Assembly (NCBI GenBank): GCA_002069815.1
Contig: MWCB01000002.1
Location: forward strand, 4,716-68,715
Length of the DNA stretch: 64,000 nucleotides
Source: Tenericutes bacterium ADurb.Bin239
Lineage (GTDB): Bacteria > Bacillota_I > Bacilli_A > RFN20 > CAG-826
Reading direction: 5' to 3'
The position numbers and the translations under genes were made by a program. Positions within the stretch are counted from its first letter, which is position 1; each line of letters starts with the position of its first letter. Below the pieces are notes generated by a model. The model saw nothing but the letters and a program-made list of their open reading frames with translations, did no database searches and was not told the origin of the DNA. Positions 57,736-64,000 of this stretch are shown here, piece by piece.

Positions 57736-58040
57736 TCAACTATTTCTATATTTAAAAGATTGGTGAAAGAAACGGTTAAATCGTTAAACATTAAGCGTTT
57801 ATATAAAACATCAATCTTTTTTATTTTAGCTTGATGTGCTTTAATAAAACCGCGGTTATAATAGTAAATTAACACGGTTTCGCCGGAATATTCCGTCAAA
57901 ATGCGGTTAATATCATTAACTTGATCTTCGCTTAGTTCAGGCTTTTCTACTTTCTTTTTTTGCTCGTGCATTTTTGCTAAAAAGAGGGCCTGTTCTTTCA
58001 AACTAGCGTAAGGTAAAAATTTTTTCATACCGCGACTCAT
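57732..58040 (-). CDS. YolD-like protein (accessory gene of Y-family polymerase cassettes)
   Basis: A 102-aa ORF lying immediately 3' of the Y-family polymerase gene with a 4-nt overlap. The assignment rests on size, position and its partner. Confidence 0.45.
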   Translation of the reverse strand: MSRGMKKFLPYASLKEQALFLAKMHEQKKKVEKPELSEDQVNDINRILTEYSGETVLIYYYNRGFIKAHQAKIKKIDVLYKRLMFNDLTVSFTNLLNIEIVD

Positions 58041-59293
58041 TTATTATGGCCTCCAATTTGTGTGGTGCGTCGTAAATAAGTACTGGCTTTAGTAAGCGCG
58101 TTCGCCCGCATTATTTTATCTTTACCAAAGCGTTCGTGTAAGTCATCAATCGTTTCCCAAAGTTTTTGCTCTTTCGTATTTTGCGTAACATAATCTTCAA
58201 TTAAACTAAGTTGTTCATAGGGGTCATTAGTGAGCCCGCTGACGCTAAGATGCAGCGCTCTTACACTAGTGCCATCAAGCGGAAAACGTTTGTAGACTTC
58301 CATAAATGCTCTATATAATTCGGTATTTCCGCTTGTTGGTAAAAGAAGCGACATTGATTTACTAAAAGAAGTACTTTCGGGTTTACTTGTTAAGATATGA
58401 AGCGCGACTTTCTTCGCTTTTAAATTATTCTTACGCATACGCATACAAAGTTCATCAGTCATTTCACGAATTAGCACAGGAACTTCACCCCCTGTATAAT
58501 CGCGCATTAAAACCTGTCCACTTGTTAAAGATTTATCAAGCGGAATATAAGTTTCACTTAAATCAGTATTATCAATACCGTGAGCGTGTTCCCAAAGTTG
58601 TTCACCCATAATGCCAAATTCTTCTTTCATTTTAGTTTTGGGATATTTAGCGATATCACCCATTGAGAATAAACCTAATTTATTAAGTCTTTTTTCATAT
58701 CGTTTGCCAATACCCCATATTTTATGAAGAGGTTTAACATGCCATAATTTATTTTGGACATCTTCCATGGTCCACCGTGCATAAAAACGCGGATCTTTTT
58801 TAGCTTCTAAGTCAAGTACACATTTAGAAAGAAACATGTTGGGAGCAATTCCAACGGTAACATATAATTTAAAGTGGTCATAAATTTCTTTAATGATAAA
58901 TTCAATAAGTGCTTCAGGCGTCTTTTTATATAATTCTAAATATGGCGTTAAATGCACAAATGTTTCGTCAATGGAATAAGGATACCAATCTTCTTTAGCA
59001 AAATAATTAAGAAGTAGAGCATTAAATTCAGTTGAACGCTGAATGTATAGTTCCATTCGTGGCTTAGCAAAAATATAATTAATACCTTTAGGCAGGTCAA
59101 ATTTACGCATAACATTATTCAACCCTTTTGCTTTTAAGTAGGGAGTAACCGCCATGATAATAGTACCGTCACCACGGCGTTCGTCACACACCACTAAAGG
59201 GGTGGTAAAAGGATCTAAACCTCTTTCCGCACATTCGACACCCGCGTAGAAACTTTTTAAATCAATAACCGCGTATACCTTTTCCATTACCAT
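58037..59293 (-). CDS. Y-family DNA polymerase (DinB/UvrX/YqjW-like translesion polymerase)
   Basis: The N-terminus VYAVIDLKSFYAGVECAERGLDP corresponds to the D-x-D...F(Y/F)ASVE catalytic region. The little-finger region carries KIWGIGKRYEKRLNKLG. Confidence 0.8.
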   Translation of the reverse strand: MVMEKVYAVIDLKSFYAGVECAERGLDPFTTPLVVCDERRGDGTIIMAVTPYLKAKGLNNVMRKFDLPKGINYIFAKPRMELYIQRSTEFNALLLNYFAKEDWYPYSIDETFVHLTPYLELYKKTPEALIEFIIKEIYDHFKLYVTVGIAPNMFLSKCVLDLEAKKDPRFYARWTMEDVQNKLWHVKPLHKIWGIGKRYEKRLNKLGLFSMGDIAKYPKTKMKEEFGIMGEQLWEHAHGIDNTDLSETYIPLDKSLTSGQVLMRDYTGGEVPVLIREMTDELCMRMRKNNLKAKKVALHILTSKPESTSFSKSMSLLLPTSGNTELYRAFMEVYKRFPLDGTSVRALHLSVSGLTNDPYEQLSLIEDYVTQNTKEQKLWETIDDLHERFGKDKIMRANALTKASTYLRRTTQIGGHNK

Positions 59294-59391
59294 AATTATA
59301 CTAGACCTAGTCTTTTATTTCGTAGAAATAACATAAACAAAAGATGTAAATGCGCTAAGTAGTGTAAAATAAAAGAGACGGAGGAAATATT

Positions 59392-60537
59392 ATGGAAATT
59401 GCAGTATATATTTTATTAGGTCTTAGTGTTATTTTAATTGTGCTTTTAGCAATAGTACTCGTTATGTTATTAAAAAAGAAAGAGCAAACTGCTCCTAGAG
59501 TAGTAGTGGATCAAAGTGAAACATTAACGCAAATTAATTTTGTCCAAGAATCACTCGCGCAATTAAAAGTTGAAATGGAAAAAGCATTCGTGGAACGTTT
59601 TATGGCTCAAACTAAATCATTAAATGAAAGTGACGCTAAATTCTTACAAACGATGCGTGATGAATTTGACAAAAAACTTTCAGCGTTAAATAAGGATGTG
59701 CAAGAAAAACTAAAACTTGATGCGGAAAAAGGGGAAAAAACATTTGAAGATTTAGGAAAAAGAATGCAAGCCATTGTTGAGGCGAATAAAGAAGTCGTTT
59801 CTTTAGGCGAGGATGTTAAAAAACTAAGTGATGTCATCAGCGGCGGCGGAGCGCGGAAAGGTCAATTTGGCGAATTTTTACTTGAAAATATATTAGATGA
59901 AGTATTTGCGAGTACCACTAATATGTTTGTTACCCAACAAAGCATTGGCAATGTTCGTCCCGATGCCATTATTTATTTACCACGTAAAGAAGCAAATATG
60001 TTATGTATAGATGCAAAATTTACGTATGATAATTACGCTAAAATATATGACGAAAACCATAATGTTGTGGCAAATGCTAAAAAAGACTTTAAAAACGATG
60101 TAAAAGCACGAATTAACGAAGTTAAAGATAAATATATCATTCCTGGTAAAACAATTGAATATGCCCTTTGTTTCTTCCCTAGTGATGAAATTTATCAATT
60201 TATTAATACTGATAAAGATTTCGTGGATATTGTCCGTTACGCGAGACGCCATAATGTTGTACTTGTTTCGCCTGCTACCCTTCAACCGACGCTCCACACT
60301 TTAAAATCACTAATGATTGAGTATCGTCGTAGTCAAAAACTCGCTGAAGTTAATAAAATGATTACCGAACTAGCGATTGAATTTGATCGTCTAGCAGAAC
60401 GGTACGAAAGCTTCATGAAGACATATGATGCGCTTCGTCCCAAACGTGATCAACTCGATATTACCGTGAACAAACTCGTTAATAAATTTGAACGAATTAA
60501 AGATGATAGTGAAGAGGATATAGAAGAAGACTTATAG
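59392..60537 (+). CDS. rmuC: DNA recombination protein RmuC
   Basis: An N-terminal TM segment, a long coiled coil and a C-terminal RmuC region (RPDAIIYLPRKEANMLCIDAKF). Confidence 0.7.
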   Translation: MEIAVYILLGLSVILIVLLAIVLVMLLKKKEQTAPRVVVDQSETLTQINFVQESLAQLKVEMEKAFVERFMAQTKSLNESDAKFLQTMRDEFDKKLSALNKDVQEKLKLDAEKGEKTFEDLGKRMQAIVEANKEVVSLGEDVKKLSDVISGGGARKGQFGEFLLENILDEVFASTTNMFVTQQSIGNVRPDAIIYLPRKEANMLCIDAKFTYDNYAKIYDENHNVVANAKKDFKNDVKARINEVKDKYIIPGKTIEYALCFFPSDEIYQFINTDKDFVDIVRYARRHNVVLVSPATLQPTLHTLKSLMIEYRRSQKLAEVNKMITELAIEFDRLAERYESFMKTYDALRPKRDQLDITVNKLVNKFERIKDDSEEDIEEDL

Positions 60538-60582
60538 TTCTTGCAAATATTTGCCATTTTGATAAACTTTTACTATGGCTTT

Positions 60583-60658
60583 GGGGCCGTAGCTCATCTG
60601 GGAGAGCGCATCGTTCGCAACGATGAGGTAGCGAGTTCGATCCTCGTCGGCTCCACCA
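60583..60658 (+). tRNA. tRNA-Ala (anticodon CGC)
   Basis: A cloverleaf folded by hand: acceptor stem GGGGCCG/CGGCTCC with the G3:U70 Ala identity pair, D arm GCTC/GAGC, anticodon stem CATCG/CGATG with loop TTCGCAA, T arm GCGAG-TTCGATC-CTCGT and an encoded CCA. Confidence 0.8.
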
Positions 60659-60670
60659 AAAACAAAATTA

Positions 60671-60700
60671 AGCTCGATACATGAAACATCGAGCTTTTTA
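60671..60700 (+). terminator. rho-independent terminator after tRNA-Ala
   Basis: AGCTCGAT - 9-nt loop - ATCGAGCT followed by TTTTT. Confidence 0.7.
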
Positions 60701-60710
60701 ATTGCAAGAC

Positions 60711-60738
60711 GAAAAAAGGACCATGTTTTTCATGGCCC
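60711..60738 (-). terminator. rho-independent terminator of the minus-strand lipoprotein gene
   Basis: On the minus strand, GGGCCATG - AAAAA - CATGGTCC followed by TTTTTTC. It lies 37 nt past the stop at 60775. Confidence 0.55.
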
Positions 60739-60774
60739 CATCTTTAATAGATCCTTTTAATATTATTTGATTTA

Positions 60775-61812
60775 TTATTGGAGAACGTAACTTACGCTTA
60801 CTTCACCAGTTTCTTCATTAGTGGTAACGACTTTTTCATAAATATATTCATTACCTTGAACTTTAATTTTGATGAAGGTACGGTCACCGACAGTTTCGTA
60901 TTCAACTTCGTACTTAACGCCATCAATCTTAACTTCAAGTTCTAATTTATTATCTTCATTTTCAAGTTCGAGTTTGAAGTTTTTCGCGACTTCGCCATCT
61001 TTAACGACCATGTAGTGGAATTCTTCTTCGTATTCATAATCAGGAGTACCGGGGGTGCCTTCAATTTCGATTTCTTGTTTAATGTTAATGAAGTTATCAT
61101 CATCTTTCCAAAGCATGAAGCGTAATTTGGTTTCCGTTTCGTCATCATCAACTTCGCTAGTTGTTTTGGACATGAAGCGATATTCTTCGTCTCCGACTAT
61201 TGCGATACCACGAATGCGGTAGTGTTTATCTTTTTCGCGATCACGATTACGGTTGCGGTCACGGTCACGATCACGATCACCATTGTTATCGTCATCATCG
61301 TCACCGTTGCAATTTGTGCCGTTGTTACAGACTGTATCATCATCTTCATCTTTTGTGCCATGACGCGCAGCGACTGAGATTTCTTCGCTTGGTACGACTT
61401 CATCGTCATCATCATCAAATACGTCAGCGGATGTTTCTAAGTTGTAGTAGAGAGCGTATTCAATGCGGCTATCATCACCAATGTTGAAGGAGATGGTATC
61501 AACGTAGGCGTACCCTTCTAAATCACTATCACCATGTTCAATATGGAAGTCGACCCCATTATTGAATAAGATATCTAAGGTTGCAACTGGGATATCTGGT
61601 TCTGCAACGCCACTTGCAGCTAGTGCCCTTTTTAAAGTTTGCATCTCAGGTGTAGTTTCAAATCCACCAACTAGGGTAAGCGCAGTTGTGGCTTCAAAGG
61701 CCATGGTTTGGCTTTTAATTACGGCTGTAACTTCGGCCTGTGGTTTAGTACAGCCGCTAAGCGCGAGTGTTGCTCCCAGCGCAAGTGTCATTAGTGTAAA
61801 CGTTTTTTTCAT
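60775..61812 (-). CDS. lipoprotein with acidic low-complexity (D/N)R repeat and C-terminal beta-rich E/K/Y repeats
   Basis: The lipobox LALSGCTKP, DDDDDNNGDRDRDRDRNRNRDREKDK and C-terminal repeats such as KLELEVKIDGVKYEVEYE. Confidence 0.5.
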   Translation of the reverse strand: MKKTFTLMTLALGATLALSGCTKPQAEVTAVIKSQTMAFEATTALTLVGGFETTPEMQTLKRALAASGVAEPDIPVATLDILFNNGVDFHIEHGDSDLEGYAYVDTISFNIGDDSRIEYALYYNLETSADVFDDDDDEVVPSEEISVAARHGTKDEDDDTVCNNGTNCNGDDDDDNNGDRDRDRDRNRNRDREKDKHYRIRGIAIVGDEEYRFMSKTTSEVDDDETETKLRFMLWKDDDNFINIKQEIEIEGTPGTPDYEYEEEFHYMVVKDGEVAKNFKLELENEDNKLELEVKIDGVKYEVEYETVGDRTFIKIKVQGNEYIYEKVVTTNEETGEVSVSYVLQ

Positions 61813-61902
61813 AATTTGTTCCTCCTTTTTCCGTTACATTATAAATACGATCAAGTTGTTTGATTTATTGGGAATTTTATTATTTTATTTAAAAATATTT
61901 TT

Positions 61903-62994
61903 TTATTCGTAAGAATAAGAATATTTTTTATTTTCAATTTCGTGGGCAATAATAATGATATATTCGTATTCAATCATGAATTTACCATTCCGTTTTGTGA
62001 TAACAAACTCATAATCAATATTGTTATATTTAGCTTTAACATCAACACAATGGCGCGGACCACCACCATGACCGCTTTCGTTATAACTTTCAATTTCAAC
62101 ATAATATTTTTCATCACCATCTAAATAAAGTTTATATTCAAAGGTTTGTTTACCATTATCATTTTCACTTTGAATTTCTAAATATGTATCTTCATCATAT
62201 TCAATTTTAATGCTGATGTCAGTTTCATTATCCGTAGTATCAATTTCAGTTTCACCTTCAAAATGGAAGTGCGTGTCATAAATAATAATTTCCCCATCAA
62301 GTTCCATTTCAGTTCCAGTGTCTTCTTCCTCAATTTCAATGTCTCCGATTATGCGTGTGTATTCATTAATAATATATTCACGCGCATATGTCCCGTATTT
62401 CCCCGCGAACGATCCTTGGTTTCGTGCATAGTTAAAGCCTTTATCAGCATTAAAGAAATCATCAACAAGTGGTAAGGTTTGATCAAGGGTTGCTTCTAGT
62501 TCAACTTTTTCTTCATCAGTAAGTGATGATGAAGAAGAACGAGCAAGGGGCTTAATTGCGCCCGAAGGAGTAATTGAACCCGCTGGTGCATAGTTAAGGG
62601 CGGAAGTCGACATAAAGACAAACTCACCTTCTTTACCATGGGGGATTTTAGTATTTTGTCGCGGCTCACTAGTAGGAGTGCTTGTGGTTGGCGATTCTGA
62701 TGATGACGTTGCTGAAGTTTCGGGATCTTGGCTCGTGCTTATAATCGGTGGTATAACTGTATCGCGCAAAAGATAAACAGTTAGACCAATAACAAGAGCC
62801 GCACTTAAAAATCCCAAACTATATTTAAAGAGGGAACGACTAAAGAAAGGAGTACGTTTTGGTTTAGCTTTAGTGCGTTGCCGTTCTTCATGCATTGCTA
62901 AAATCTGAGCAGCGGAAAGCTTGATTTCAGGCTTTTTAACATTATCCTGAATGATTTTTTTAATTTTGTCATCATTCATTTGGCGCATAATCAC
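61903..62994 (-). CDS. single-pass membrane protein, putative anti-sigma factor of the adjacent ECF sigma (large extracytoplasmic domain paralogous to downstream lipoprotein)
   Basis: A 55-aa cytoplasmic N-terminus, one TM segment (LGFLSAALVIGLTVYLL), and an S/T-rich linker leading into E/D/Y-rich beta repeats (EYKLYLDGDEKYYVEIESY). It overlaps the sigma gene 3' end by 23 nt. Confidence 0.45.
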   Translation of the reverse strand: MIMRQMNDDKIKKIIQDNVKKPEIKLSAAQILAMHEERQRTKAKPKRTPFFSRSLFKYSLGFLSAALVIGLTVYLLRDTVIPPIISTSQDPETSATSSSESPTTSTPTSEPRQNTKIPHGKEGEFVFMSTSALNYAPAGSITPSGAIKPLARSSSSSLTDEEKVELEATLDQTLPLVDDFFNADKGFNYARNQGSFAGKYGTYAREYIINEYTRIIGDIEIEEEDTGTEMELDGEIIIYDTHFHFEGETEIDTTDNETDISIKIEYDEDTYLEIQSENDNGKQTFEYKLYLDGDEKYYVEIESYNESGHGGGPRHCVDVKAKYNNIDYEFVITKRNGKFMIEYEYIIIIAHEIENKKYSYSYE

Positions 62995-63523
62995 TTAGTC
63001 CTTTCTGTAGTTTTTTAATAGCGTTACTATATGTCCATGTAATGGTGCCAAGTGGTTTATTTAAGTACTCAGCAATTTCACGGTGCGTTAATTCTCCTAA
63101 GATGTAGAGAACAACGACTTCGTATTCAGTTTCGTTTAGTATCTCTTGCATGCGCGCGAGCAAACGATCACTATCATCATACTCGTCGGTAGTACTAGCG
63201 CCTATATAGCTTTCTACTGCAAAGTCTTCAATATAGCTAACTCGATTTTCTTTTTTGAAGTAGTCATAGGCGAGATTACGAGCGGTCACGAGCAAGAAAC
63301 CAAGAGGATTCGTATTTGCTTTGATGCGTTTAAGATTGTCTAAAAATCGTAAATAAGTTTCGGCAAGAATATCTTCGGCTAACTCGTGATTTTTAGTAAG
63401 TGAGATTAGCGAATAATAGATTTGATATTTTGTGAGTTCATAAAACTCCGCAAAATTATCCATATTCCCGCGTTTTATTTCATTGAGTAGCGCAATAATA
63501 CGACGGACTTTATCGTCACTCAT
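62972..63523 (-). CDS. ECF-type sigma-70 family RNA polymerase sigma factor
   Basis: The region-2 residues AEDILAETYLRFLDNL and the region-4 HTH REIAEYLNKPLGTITWTYSNAIKKL identify an ECF sigma of 183 aa. Confidence 0.8.
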   Translation of the reverse strand: MSDDKVRRIIALLNEIKRGNMDNFAEFYELTKYQIYYSLISLTKNHELAEDILAETYLRFLDNLKRIKANTNPLGFLLVTARNLAYDYFKKENRVSYIEDFAVESYIGASTTDEYDDSDRLLARMQEILNETEYEVVVLYILGELTHREIAEYLNKPLGTITWTYSNAIKKLQKGLSDYAPNE

Positions 63524-63692
63524 TTTTGGCTCCTCACTATTAATACGATTTTATTCTTCATTTTATTGGTATTTTTTTGGTTTTTGTTTGTCAATGACTA
63601 TTATAACAAACTTAAGACTATGTCTTACAAAGTAACGCAGTTACTAAAATATCGTTTATTAATTTGTTAAAATACAAATAGGAGGTACCAAG

Positions 63693-64000
63693 ATGTTTAA
63701 AACAAAATTTAGACTAGATCCCAAAGTTTTAAATAAAGATAGTTTTTATACTTTGAATAATGGAGTGAAGATGCCAGTTATTGGTTTTGGTACTTGGCAA
63801 GTTAAAGATGGCGAAGAAACTTACGCAAGTGTAAAAGAGGCACTCCGTGTTGGTTATCGTCACATTGACACAGCGGAAGCTTATAAAAATGAAGAAAGTG
63901 TGGGACGCGCTCTTCGCGACAGCGGTCTTCCGCGCGCCGACATATTTGTGACCACAAAATTAAATAATCCACATACAACATACGAGGCCGCTAAGAACGC
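63693..64000 (+). CDS. aldo/keto reductase (3' end outside window)
   Basis: A GGAGG RBS precedes the ATG at 63693. GFGTWQ and [19 protein letters not shown] are AKR motifs. The ORF is open to the window end. Confidence 0.7.
   Translation, partial: MFKTKFRLDPKVLNKDSFYTLNNGVKMPVIGFGTWQVKDGEETYASVKEALRVGYRHIDTAEAYKNEESVGRALRDSGLPRADIFVTTKLNNPHTTYEAAKN

Noticed and set aside
59294-59391. LexA/Cheo box upstream of the Y-family polymerase
   Set aside because: No CGAAC-N4-GTTCG or close variant occurs in the region.
61200-61487. 95-aa His/Cys/Arg-rich plus-strand ORF (MRYHECG...HGHDHDHH...)
   Set aside because: It is the antisense reading of the (D/N)R hexanucleotide repeat in the lipoprotein gene. 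The His-rich appearance is a repeat artefact.
1-64000. CRISPR arrays, IS elements, integrases, phage genes, rRNA
   Set aside because: I saw no direct-repeat/spacer arrays, no transposase or recombinase motifs and no rRNA-like conserved stretches. The only RNA gene found is tRNA-Ala.

Overview
This 64 kb window is low-GC (about one third G+C) and looks like a Firmicutes-type chromosome read in the standard genetic code: an RF2 gene with the classic CUU-UGA +1 frameshift site is present, so UGA is a stop. Coding density is high. Nearly all features are CDSs, plus one tRNA-Ala and several intrinsic terminators. I found no rRNA, CRISPR array, transposase, integrase or prophage genes.

Positions 1-16562 are a Wzy-dependent surface-polysaccharide locus. 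It has a GT2 and a GT4 glycosyltransferase, a TupA-like ATP-grasp protein, a Wzy polymerase, a LicD-family transferase, a Wzx flippase and an fnlA-fnlB-fnlC-type UDP-L-FucNAc trio. It also has a three-gene phosphonate module: a cytidylyltransferase-PEP mutase fusion, phosphonopyruvate decarboxylase and a LicC-type nucleotidyltransferase fused to an Fe-alcohol dehydrogenase. The locus closes with the initiating phosphoglycosyltransferase. No aminotransferase lies in the module, which points to a 2-hydroxyethylphosphonate rather than an aminoethylphosphonate decoration.

The rest is mostly conserved housekeeping synteny. It includes rsmI-yaaT-holB-tmk-recR-ybaB-dnaX, prfA-prmC-tsaC-rpiB, comFA-comFC-secA-prfB, yitT, uvrB, secG and folD. 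Several less ordinary modules are interspersed. These are a Wzz/CpsC-like protein fused to a degenerate CpsD-like ATPase domain; a 568-aa protein with a C-terminal HPr-kinase-like P-loop domain just upstream of glutamate dehydrogenase; and two adjacent Big_2-repeat lipoproteins, one carrying a ComEC-type metallo-beta-lactamase domain, in a locally GC-richer segment. Further on come a tandem-duplicated DUF1538 membrane protein followed by two PII-like genes, a very long YfhO-family protein, and a thioredoxin-reductase-like gene paired with a double-CxxC oxidoreductase. Near the 3' end are a Y-family polymerase with a YolD-like gene and an ECF sigma, anti-sigma and lipoprotein operon containing a hexanucleotide-encoded (D/N)R repeat.
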